A DNA stretch of 64,000 nucleotides from Candidatus Eiseniibacteriota bacterium (GTDB lineage Bacteria > Eisenbacteria > RBG-16-71-46). Location of the stretch: positions 1-64,000 of the forward strand of contig JBBRLX010000012.1 in assembly GCA_038231135.1 (NCBI GenBank). Reading direction: 5' to 3'. Shown in pieces: positions 1-8,268 of the stretch. The translations under genes and the position numbers were made by a program. Below the pieces are notes generated by a model that saw only the letters and a list, made by a program, of their open reading frames with translations, searched no databases and had not been told where the DNA came from. Each line of letters opens with the position of its first letter. Positions within the stretch are counted from its first letter, which is position 1.

Positions 1-20
1 GGCCGGACATTGCGGCGCAG

Positions 21-935
21 GTGACGCCGCTGTCGGCGCGCAAACAGCAACCGTCCCCGGGGACGGTTGGGGCGCCCTTCGAGTTGGAGTCCCCTCAGAC
101 AGTCCAACCGTCCCCGGGGACGGTTGAGGACTTCACCGCCCCGCGGACGAAGGTCATGCCGTTGGCACCCGAACGGTTCGGGTTGCAGTTCACGATCGGC
201 CAGGCCACCTACGACAAGCTTAAGTATGCGCAGGGTTTGGCCAGTCATTCGATGCCTGCGGGGGACCTCGCGCAATTGTTCGACCGGGCGCTCGACACGC
301 TCATTCACAAGCTCGAGCGTCGCAAGTTCGCGGCGACGACGCGGCCGCGGCATTCGAACCAACACCCGAAGCGTTCGAGTGCAGGGCGGAAACATGTTCC
401 GGCCCACGTAAGACGTGCTGTCTGGGAGCGGGACGGCGGCCAGTGCACGTTCGTGAGCGAGACGGGCCATCGCTGCGCAGCGCGCAGCCTGCTCGAATAC
501 GACCACATCGACCCCGTGGCATTTGGTGGCGTAACGAGCATCGCCGGCATGCGGCTGCGTTGCAGGTCCCACAATCAGTACACGGCCGAATGCGAGTTCG
601 GTGTTAACTTCATGAGACGCAAGCGGGAACTCGCCCGGGAAGCGACGACGCAGAGACGTGTGCAGGCCGCCGCCGAGAAGCAGCGGCTGGCAAATGCTAC
701 GAATCCCGAATGTGACGTCATCCCGTGGCTCCGCAAACTCGGCTTCCGCATGGACGAAGTGAAGCGTGCGGCCGCTCACTGCGAGACCATTGCCGACGCC
801 TCGCTCGAAGATCGAGTTCGCTCCGCGCTGGCGTTCCTTACGTCGACCCCAGGACGCAGCACACCGAGGAATATTGGCACCATGGAGCGCGGCAGCGAGT
901 CGACCGCCTTGGCACAGAGTCTCGCTACCGCGTGA
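21..935 (+). CDS. HNH endonuclease-domain protein with RuvA C-terminal-like helical tail; probably 5'-truncated by the window edge
   Basis: HNH motif 'VPAHVRRAVWERDGGQC...RC...LEYDHIDPVAFGG...LRCRSHNQY'. Tail 'DVIPWLRKLGF...SLEDRVRSAL' resembles RuvA domain III. Confidence 0.8.
   Translation: MTPLSARKQQPSPGTVGAPFELESPQTVQPSPGTVEDFTAPRTKVMPLAPERFGLQFTIGQATYDKLKYAQGLASHSMPAGDLAQLFDRALDTLIHKLERRKFAATTRPRHSNQHPKRSSAGRKHVPAHVRRAVWERDGGQCTFVSETGHRCAARSLLEYDHIDPVAFGGVTSIAGMRLRCRSHNQYTAECEFGVNFMRRKRELAREATTQRRVQAAAEKQRLANATNPECDVIPWLRKLGFRMDEVKRAAAHCETIADASLEDRVRSALAFLTSTPGRSTPRNIGTMERGSESTALAQSLATA
48..126. repeat. Two identical perfect 22-bp palindromes (CAACCGTCCCCGGGGACGGTTG) at 48-69 and 105-126, with a 35-bp spacer
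   Basis: Read directly. Each copy equals its own reverse complement, and both encode QPSPGTV in the HNH frame. Confidence 0.95.
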
Positions 936-1341
936 GCCGGGCCGCGCTCCGTCGCGTGATCACCGCGGTGACCACGGCGGCGATCGATACCAGGAGCGCC
1001 AGCGGAACGGGAGCGCCTGCCCCGCGCAGCCACCAGCCGGCCGCCATCAGCAGCACCGTGGCGCCGCTCGTGATGCCGTGCCGCACGGGGATGCCGCGAG
1101 CGCCCGGGGGATAGGCGAGCGCGTCGAACACGCCGGGGATCGCGATGATCACGCCCGCGATCGCTCCGGCGCCGAGCGCCCATCGCGCCGCGGCCTGGAA
1201 CGGTGCGTGGTAGATCAGGGTGGCGAGATCCAGTGCCACGCTCGCTCCCAGTAGCGCCAGCGGAGCGATGGCGAGCACCGGATGCAGGGGATGTGCGGGG
1301 AGTGAACGCGGCGTGCCGTGGTCGCGATCGGGCACGCTCAC
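925..1341 (-). CDS. DUF2231-like membrane protein
   Basis: 'HPLHPVL..P' N-terminal motif, about 4 hydrophobic helices and a later 'HG'. Confidence 0.7.
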   Translation of the reverse strand: MSVPDRDHGTPRSLPAHPLHPVLAIAPLALLGASVALDLATLIYHAPFQAAARWALGAGAIAGVIIAIPGVFDALAYPPGARGIPVRHGITSGATVLLMAAGWWLRGAGAPVPLALLVSIAAVVTAVITRRSAARLTR

Positions 1342-1345
1342 GGTG

Positions 1346-1567
1346 TCAGCCGGGGATATGGCTCAGGATCTCGTCGGGCTCCGGAAAGCGGTGCTGCTGC
1401 TTCTTCGAGAAGATCACCAGGCCGTCGAGCATCACTTCGAACTGCCCGCCCGAACCCTTGGTCAGCGTCGCATCGATGTCGCGACGCCGCTTGATCTCGG
1501 CCGCCAGACTGGAGGCCCGGGGAAGATAGTTTCACGCAGTGCAGTAGATGATCTCGAGCTTGGGCAC
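1346..1567 (-). CDS. Rdx-family (SelW/SelT/SelH-like) selenoprotein, 73 aa, with in-frame UGA=Sec at codon 12
   Basis: Manual translation: MPKLEIIYCTA-U-NYLPRASSLAAEIKRRRDIDATLTKGSGGQFEVMLDGLVIFSKKQQHRFPEPDEILSHIPG. It has CxxU, 'GGQFEV', 'FSK' and 'RFPE' Rdx motifs, and a GGAGG RBS before the GTG. Not in the ORF track. Confidence 0.88.
1499..1517 (-). promoter_or_regulatory. Putative bacterial SECIS hairpin
   Basis: GGCC-U-CCA(GUC)UGG-C-GGCC starts 15 nt after the UGA. The G-starting apical loop lies 23 nt downstream of the UGA. Confidence 0.65.
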
Positions 1568-1723
1568 GATGCACCTCCAGAGTGGACGTCACGGCGCGCC
1601 CACTATAGCCAGCCTGCGGACCCCGGCCAACCTGCATGGAGCGGTCCAAACTGCCGAAAACCTCGCAACGAGGAACGCGGCGGTCCGCGTGGTTGACCGG
1701 TCCCGGGCGCGGCGGCAAGGTAG

Positions 1724-2731
1724 ATGAAACCCCTACCGAAAGGTCCCGTATCCATGGTGCAACGCGTCGCGACAGTGGAAGAACGCCTCCGCAGGGTGCT
1801 TGGGGAGGCGCTGCTCACCCAGGAGCCGATGCGCCATCACACCACGTTCCGCATCGGCGGACACGCCGACTACTTCGTGGCGGCGGAGACCCCCGAGCAG
1901 TTGGTGGCGGCGCTCGAAGTCGCGAACGAGATCCACCTGCCGGTGTTCCTGCTCGGCGGCGGCAGCAACCTGCTGGTGTCGGATACCGGCTTCCGCGGGC
2001 TCGTGGTGCGCAACGCGTGCGAGGCGGTCCAGTTCGAGGGCTCGGTCGCGCACGTCGAATGCGGCACAGACCTCCTGGACTTCATCCTGCAGTGCCGCGA
2101 CCGGTCGCTCGCCGGGCTGGAATTCGCGGCCGGCATTCCCGGGTCCGTGGGTGGCGCGCTCTACGGCAACGCCGGCTGCTACGGCAAGGACATCGGCTCC
2201 CACACCATCGAATGCACGTTCGCGACGCTCGATGGCGCGCGGGTCGAAACGCAGCCTGCGGCGTGGTTCGAGTTCGCCTACCGCGATTCGCGCCTCAAGC
2301 GCGAGCCGCGCGTGCTGCTGTCGTGCCTGCTGCGGCTCGCCCCCGGCGACCGGGCGGCGATCGCTGCCGAAATCGAGGAGAAACTCGAGATCCGCCGCGT
2401 GAAGCACCCGCAGTGGCGCGTCGAGCCCACGGCCGGCTCCTACTTCAAAAATCTGCCGCCGGACTGGCAGATGCCCGGCGCGAAGTTGTCGCCGGGCACG
2501 CGCCGCGTGGCGGCCGGCCAGCTGCTCGACGAGTGCGACTGCCGCGGGCTGCGCGTGGGCGACGCCATGGTGTTTGCGAAGCACGCGAACATCATCGTGA
2601 ATGCCGGCCGCGCGAGCGCGCGCGAGGTGCTGGAGCTGGCGGAGATCATGAAGGCCCGCGTCCGCGCGAAGTTCGGAGTCGAGCTGGAGGAGGAGGTCAT
2701 GTTCCTCGGCGACCGCCCGGCAGCCTGCTGA
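1724..2731 (+). CDS. murB: UDP-N-acetylmuramate dehydrogenase (alternative start 1754)
   Basis: HTTFRIGG, LGGGSNLL, GIPGSVGGA..NAG, F.YRDS, AGSYFKN, KHAN, V.LE.EV motifs. Confidence 0.95.
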   Translation: MKPLPKGPVSMVQRVATVEERLRRVLGEALLTQEPMRHHTTFRIGGHADYFVAAETPEQLVAALEVANEIHLPVFLLGGGSNLLVSDTGFRGLVVRNACEAVQFEGSVAHVECGTDLLDFILQCRDRSLAGLEFAAGIPGSVGGALYGNAGCYGKDIGSHTIECTFATLDGARVETQPAAWFEFAYRDSRLKREPRVLLSCLLRLAPGDRAAIAAEIEEKLEIRRVKHPQWRVEPTAGSYFKNLPPDWQMPGAKLSPGTRRVAAGQLLDECDCRGLRVGDAMVFAKHANIIVNAGRASAREVLELAEIMKARVRAKFGVELEEEVMFLGDRPAAC

Positions 2732-2750
2732 AAATCGCCGACGCAGCCTG

Positions 2751-4895
2751 CTATGCCGCGCGACGCCTCGGTTCGGACTGGTCCCGCGCCTGCGCCGCCT
2801 GCCGCGGCTCGCGCCACTTGAGGATCGGCAGCAGCAGGATCCAGTAGCCCAGCGTCGCGGCGCCCACGATCAGCAGCCACTCGGCGCCCAGGCGGTCGAG
2901 CGGCGCACGCGTGGCCGCCAGCACTTCGATCGAGACTACGGCGTGCGCCAGCAGCGCCATCGCGAAGCCCGCGGGTTTGAGCGCGCTGCGGGGCGTGGAG
3001 TTCGTGACCGGGGCGGTCGGCGGAGTCCCGGTCGCCGCGTGCGAACCCGAGATGCCGCTGCGGCGTCGCCAGGCTTCGAGTTGTGCGCGCAACCCGGCCG
3101 TGGCGCGGCGCACGGCGGTCAGGCGCTGCGCCATCACCGGCAGCAGGCAGAACGTTCCCGAGCTGCCGTCGGCGCGCTGCCAGTGCACGGCCACGCGCGG
3201 CGTCGCGAACCAGCCCGGAACTCCGGGCACGATCGTCATGGCGATGATCTCGGTGGCGAGCAGCGAGAACCGGCAGTCCTCGCCTTCGTAGTCGAGCCGG
3301 CCGGGTTCGAGCGACAGGAAGCCCAGGTCCCAGACCGGCAGTCCTTCGTAGATGCGCGGGGACTCGTGCAGCGAGAGTCCCACGAACGTCGCGTCGCCGG
3401 CGGGCGCGTGGTGGGCCGCGATGAGCCGGTCCGCGATCGGCCGCCGCAGCGTGCGATAGGGCGCGAGCACGCTGCTGTTCACGAAGGCGACGCCCGCGGC
3501 CACGGTGGCCAGGACGGCGAGCGTGAACGACACCGGCCATGGCACGTGCCCGAACGCGCGAACGTGGGAGAACAGCACGACGGCCATGGGCACGATCGCG
3601 GTGATCGCGATCACCGTCCAGCCGAGCCGCTGCCGCATGGCGATCTTGAACATGGTGCTGAACAGCCTGGGCTCCGCGAAGCCGATGGGAATCGTGTAGC
3701 GCGACGGCGCCGCGGCGGGATTCGTGGCGACGTCGATCGGGCCGTCACCGGGCGCACCTGCCGGCGGCGTCCCCTCGAGCGCGGACTCGATCCATGCCTC
3801 GATCCCCTCGGCGGGCACGCCGGCCACCTTCGCCAGCGCCCGCGCCCGGCGTTCCGTGGACGGGTGCGTGAGCCACCATTCGCGCGCACCTGACCAGCGG
3901 GCGGGAATATGGTTGAGGCGATTGAGCGCCACGAGTCCGGTGACGAGCGCCCGCGGGTCGCACCCGAGCTTCACCGCCTGGCGGTCGGCGACGTATTCGA
4001 ACCGGCGGCTGACGCCGAGCTGGAGCAGCAGTCCCGTTGCGATCACCGCGACACCCGCGATCCAACCGTCGAGCTGGAACGCCGCGAACGTTCCCGCCAT
4101 CATCGCCAGGGCCGCGACCGACAGGTAGGCCGGGTGCCGCAGCTGCAGATGCGCCATTTCGTGGGCCAGCACGGCGTCGACTTCGTCGCAATCGAGATGC
4201 TCGAGCAGGTAGTCGGTCAGGATCACCTGGTTGCCACGCAGCGCGAACGCGTTGGCGAGCCGCATGCGGCCGAGCGGGACGATGTAGAGCTGCTGGAGCC
4301 GCACGTTCGCGCGCGCCGCCAGCGCGAACACCCGTTCCCGCAGCGGGCCGCTCGTCACCGCCTGCGGAATCACGCCGGCGCCGCGACGCAGCGCGGTACC
4401 GAACGCGAACGCGGTGACGATTCCCGCGACGACGAACGTGATCGCGCGCACGTACTGGCCCTGCAGCATCGCGCCGATCGTCATCAGGCAGAACGTCCAC
4501 GGCACCACGAACGCGCCGCACCGCAGCAACGCGAGCTGCACGGCTTCGCGGCGCGTGGTCTCGACCGCGCGCACCTTCACCGAGATCTCGTGCACGACGA
4601 GGCTGCTCCACGCCATGAACACGGCCGCCGGCAGCAGCAGCCCCGGCACGAACACGATCATCGACGGCACGCCCCAGCGATGACTCCCCGCGACCGCCAG
4701 CGGTCCGAGCACGGGCGCGGCGACCAGCGGGGTCGCGATCAGCGTGACGAGCGTGAGTCCCTGCACGCGCTGGATGAACGCCAGCCACGCGCCGTAGGGA
4801 TTGCGGTGCAGGTGCCGCAGCGCGTCCGCCCGTATCCACTGCAGCAGCAGCGGGGGCAGGGCGAGGACGGCGGCGAGGCGGAGCAGGGCGGTCAC
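2751..4895 (-). CDS. M48 (HtpX/Ste24-like) membrane zinc metalloprotease with long C-terminal extension
   Basis: NAFA, HEMAH, SRRFEYVADR and THPSTERR motifs; multiple TM segments. Confidence 0.85.
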   Translation of the reverse strand: MTALLRLAAVLALPPLLLQWIRADALRHLHRNPYGAWLAFIQRVQGLTLVTLIATPLVAAPVLGPLAVAGSHRWGVPSMIVFVPGLLLPAAVFMAWSSLVVHEISVKVRAVETTRREAVQLALLRCGAFVVPWTFCLMTIGAMLQGQYVRAITFVVAGIVTAFAFGTALRRGAGVIPQAVTSGPLRERVFALAARANVRLQQLYIVPLGRMRLANAFALRGNQVILTDYLLEHLDCDEVDAVLAHEMAHLQLRHPAYLSVAALAMMAGTFAAFQLDGWIAGVAVIATGLLLQLGVSRRFEYVADRQAVKLGCDPRALVTGLVALNRLNHIPARWSGAREWWLTHPSTERRARALAKVAGVPAEGIEAWIESALEGTPPAGAPGDGPIDVATNPAAAPSRYTIPIGFAEPRLFSTMFKIAMRQRLGWTVIAITAIVPMAVVLFSHVRAFGHVPWPVSFTLAVLATVAAGVAFVNSSVLAPYRTLRRPIADRLIAAHHAPAGDATFVGLSLHESPRIYEGLPVWDLGFLSLEPGRLDYEGEDCRFSLLATEIIAMTIVPGVPGWFATPRVAVHWQRADGSSGTFCLLPVMAQRLTAVRRATAGLRAQLEAWRRRSGISGSHAATGTPPTAPVTNSTPRSALKPAGFAMALLAHAVVSIEVLAATRAPLDRLGAEWLLIVGAATLGYWILLLPILKWREPRQAAQARDQSEPRRRAA

Positions 4896-4896
4896 G

Positions 4897-5988
4897 TCAG
4901 CTCCCCGTGTGAGCCACCGGCACCTGACTGCTGCGCTCGATCGCGGCTCGCATGCCGCGGTTGATCACGAGGCCTGCGCGCGCGTCGGCCTGGCCGGGAT
5001 CCGCGTGGAGCGCGGTCTCGAACGCGTGGGTGGAACGATCGAGGATCGCGACGTCGCGATTCCGCATCGCGAGCTGACGCAGGCAGACGCCGCGGCCCAC
5101 GTGGGCGTCCGCTAAGTCCGGGTCCGCGGTCACGGACGAGTCGAAGTCGCACATTGCCGGCGCCGGCTGCTTGTCCCGATATTCCATGAGTCCGCGCTCG
5201 AAGTACGCCCGGCCCAGCGCCCGATGGGCATTGCCGAAGTCCATCAGGTCGAGCGCGTGTCGCGCGTAGGTGATCGCGCGCGCGTATTGCTGCCGGCGCG
5301 TCAGGAAATTGGCGAAGTTGGAGCACGTCCACGGTGACTGGGGACGGATCGCGAGGATGGCCGTGTACGTGGACTCGGCGCCGCCGAAATCTCCGCTGGC
5401 CTCGAGCACGGGGCCGAGCATGTCGCACGCCATGACCCGCTGGTACGGAACGAGGTCTTCCGCCAGCGCCGCGCGCCCGTAGCGCAGAACACCCGCGGAA
5501 TCCCCGGCATCGGCGGCGCATGTGGCGCGCGCCACCAGGATCTGGCCCGCACTCGCGTGAAACCGCTCCGCGGTGGCGATCTCGCGTTCCGCGCCGGTGC
5601 GATCGCCGGCCGAGCTCATGCAATAGGCGAGCTGGACATGCGCTTCGAAATTCCCGGGTTCCAGCCGGATCGCACGGTGCAGCACGTCGGCTGCGGCCCG
5701 CAACGCGCCATACGAGTAGTTGCGGCCCGAGCGGTATCCGGACTTCCGAATCGCGCGAGCCAGCTGGACCAGCGCCGCAGCGTTTTCGGGGTCCTGACGC
5801 ATGACCAGCTTCAGTTCAACCATGGTGGACTGGAGCTCGTCCGTGTCGCCGTTCCAGTCGTCCAGCACCTGGCGCGCGTGGGCGCAGGCGCGACCGGCAT
5901 CGACGATGACGGCGGGCGGCGCTGCCGCACAACCGGTGACCAGCAGCGCGAACGCGGCTGCCGCGAGGATGGAACGCGCTCGAGCCAT
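4897..5988 (-). CDS. TPR-repeat lipoprotein
   Basis: Signal peptide with lipobox LVTGC from ATG 5988. TPR-like repeats ('AIRLEPGNFEAHVQLA', 'ADPDLADAHVGRG'). Confidence 0.75.
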   Translation of the reverse strand: MARARSILAAAAFALLVTGCAAAPPAVIVDAGRACAHARQVLDDWNGDTDELQSTMVELKLVMRQDPENAAALVQLARAIRKSGYRSGRNYSYGALRAAADVLHRAIRLEPGNFEAHVQLAYCMSSAGDRTGAEREIATAERFHASAGQILVARATCAADAGDSAGVLRYGRAALAEDLVPYQRVMACDMLGPVLEASGDFGGAESTYTAILAIRPQSPWTCSNFANFLTRRQQYARAITYARHALDLMDFGNAHRALGRAYFERGLMEYRDKQPAPAMCDFDSSVTADPDLADAHVGRGVCLRQLAMRNRDVAILDRSTHAFETALHADPGQADARAGLVINRGMRAAIERSSQVPVAHTGS

Positions 5989-6138
5989 TGCGGTGCGTCT
6001 CCGAGGGTCCGGTAGTTCGGGGCGACGGTGGCGGCAGCCCCCGGGGTTTCGGCCGAAATGACCCGTGGCTTGAAGCGAACCTCGGCATCTCGGGGGGGCC
6101 GGGGTGAAACGGCGGGCGTCAGGCAATAGGATTGGGTC

Positions 6139-8088
6139 ATGGACTCCCCGACCCGACCGCTGCTGGTCTACGACGGCGACTGCGAGTTCTGCCGCATGTG
6201 GATCGCCCGCTGGCGTCACGCGACCGGCCCGCGCGTCGAATACACGCCGTATCAACAGGTGGCGTCACGGTTCCCCGGTATTGCCGTCGAACGCTTCCGG
6301 GCCGCCGTGCAATGGATCGCGGCGGATGGCGGCCGCGCCGAGGGTGCGGACGCCGTATTCCGTGCGCTCGCCTGCGCCCCGGGTCGGGCATGGCCGCTGT
6401 GGGCGTACCATCACCTGCCGGGGGTGGCGGGGGTGAGCGAGTGGGGGTATCGCAGGGTGGCGGGCAACCGGGTGCCGCTCGCACGACTCACGCGCCTCCT
6501 GTGGGGGCACCACGTCGTGCCGCCCGGCGACGCGGTCACGGCGTGGCTGTTCCTGCGCCTGCTCGGCGTCGTGTTCGCGCTGGCGTTCGCGTCGGCGGGC
6601 GTCCAGATGGCGGGGCTCGTGGGTCCCACCGGCATCCTGCCGGCGCGCGAATACCTTTCCGCGGTGGCGGCCCATTACGGTGCCACCCGGTACGTGGTCG
6701 TGCCCACGCTGTGCTGGCTCGGCTCGGGCGACGCGGCGCTCGCCACGATCGCCGCCGTCGGGGGCGCGGGAGCGCTCGCGCTCGCGGCCGGCATCGCGCC
6801 CGGGCTGGCGTTGCTCGTGGCGTGGGCGTCGTACCTGTCGCTGGTGTCGGTGGGGCAGGAGTTCTTCTGGTTCCAGTGGGACGCGCTGCTGCTCGAGGCC
6901 GGGTTCCTCGCGCTGTTCCTGGTGCCGTGGCGGTGGCGGTCGCGGCTTCGCGACGCGCCCGCGCCGCCGCGGTCGGGGGTGTGGCTGCTCCGCTGGCTGT
7001 TGTTCCGGCTGGTGTTCGCGTCGGCCGTGGTCAAGCTGTCGAGTGGCGATGCCACGTGGCGGAATCTCACCGCGCTCACCTGGCACTACCAGACGCAGCC
7101 GTTGCCGCCGTGGACCGCGTGGTATGCGCACCAGTTCCCCGTCGCGTTCCAGCGGCTGTCCGCGGCGGTGATGTTCGCGATCGAAGGCGGCGCGCCGTTC
7201 CTCATGTTCACGCCGCGCCGCCTGCGGCTCGCCGGAGCGGCCGCGATCGCCGGCCTTCAGCTCCTGATCCTCGTGACCGGAAATTACGGCGTGTTCAACG
7301 TGCTGACGATGGCGTTGTGCGTGCTGCTGCTCGATGACGGGGTGTGGCCGCGATGGCTCAGGCGGTGGCGCTGCGGGCCGGCCGCGGCGCCGTCACCGGA
7401 TGCGGCAGGACCGTCGGAATTCCGCGCGACCACGACCCCGGCTGCTCAGGCCTCCGCCAGCCGCGCGGCGGCATCGACTCTGCGGCGCGCGGTCGCGGCG
7501 GCGCTCGTGGCCCTGAGTCTGGTCCCGCTGCTGTCGGCGTTCCGCCGGCCGATGCCATGGCTCGAGCCGCTCGCCGCCGTGCACCGCTCGATCGCGCCGT
7601 TCGAGCTATCGAACTCCTACGGCCTGTTCGCGGTGATGACCACCGAGCGCGACGAGATCGTGGTGGAGGGCAGCGCCGATGGCACCGATTGGCGGCCCTA
7701 CACGTTCCGCTGGAAGCCCGGCGACCCGCGGCGGCGACCGGAGTTCGTCGTGCCCCACATGCCGCGGCTCGACTGGCAGATGTGGTTCGCGTCGCTGTCG
7801 GACGTGCGCCGCGAAACCTGGTTCCTGCGGTTCTGCGAACGCCTGCTGCAGGGCTCGCCCGCGGTGCTGCGCCTGCTGGAGGGCGCCCCGTACCCCGCGC
7901 CGCCGCGCTACGTCCGCGCGGTATCGTGGGACTACCGATTCACCGACGCGCGCACGCGCCGCGCGACGGGAGCGTGGTGGGTGCGCGAGCCGCGCGGCCT
8001 GTATTGCCCGGTGCTCACGCTCGATCACGGTTCGCTGGCGGCGGCGCCGATGGATTCGCTCGGCAACCTGGCCACGCCGGGCCCGTAG
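6139..8088 (+). CDS. Lipase maturation factor (LMF1) family membrane protein with N-terminal DCC (DUF393) thiol-disulfide oxidoreductase domain
   Basis: N-terminal YDGDCEFC. LMF motifs FQWDALLLEAGFL, HYQTQPLP, TGNYG.FN, SYGLFAVMT, PHMPRLDWQMWF. Confidence 0.9.
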   Translation: MDSPTRPLLVYDGDCEFCRMWIARWRHATGPRVEYTPYQQVASRFPGIAVERFRAAVQWIAADGGRAEGADAVFRALACAPGRAWPLWAYHHLPGVAGVSEWGYRRVAGNRVPLARLTRLLWGHHVVPPGDAVTAWLFLRLLGVVFALAFASAGVQMAGLVGPTGILPAREYLSAVAAHYGATRYVVVPTLCWLGSGDAALATIAAVGGAGALALAAGIAPGLALLVAWASYLSLVSVGQEFFWFQWDALLLEAGFLALFLVPWRWRSRLRDAPAPPRSGVWLLRWLLFRLVFASAVVKLSSGDATWRNLTALTWHYQTQPLPPWTAWYAHQFPVAFQRLSAAVMFAIEGGAPFLMFTPRRLRLAGAAAIAGLQLLILVTGNYGVFNVLTMALCVLLLDDGVWPRWLRRWRCGPAAAPSPDAAGPSEFRATTTPAAQASASRAAASTLRRAVAAALVALSLVPLLSAFRRPMPWLEPLAAVHRSIAPFELSNSYGLFAVMTTERDEIVVEGSADGTDWRPYTFRWKPGDPRRRPEFVVPHMPRLDWQMWFASLSDVRRETWFLRFCERLLQGSPAVLRLLEGAPYPAPPRYVRAVSWDYRFTDARTRRATGAWWVREPRGLYCPVLTLDHGSLAAAPMDSLGNLATPGP

Positions 8089-8268
8089 GAACCCCCGCGT
8101 TCATCCGCTCGCCGCCCGCTCGCCGCGCTGACCGCGGCGGATTCCGGTTCGGGACCGGGATCGACGCACTCGTCCGCACACGCCCCGCGATCGCGCACTG
8201 GTATGCGCTTCGCCGCGCTCGGCCGGTGTCCGTAGCCGCACCGCACGCCCCAGGATCAGTGTGGGATC

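Noticed and set aside
48..126. CRISPR array call for the palindromic repeats with a 35-nt spacer
   Set aside because: Only two repeats are visible. They are loopless perfect palindromes, lie in frame within a CDS, and no cas genes are in the window. Kept as an unexplained repeat.
1203..1718. ORF-track calls 1203-1529, 1220-1696 and 1338-1718
   Set aside because: These are antisense or off-frame shadows of the UGA-containing selenoprotein gene.
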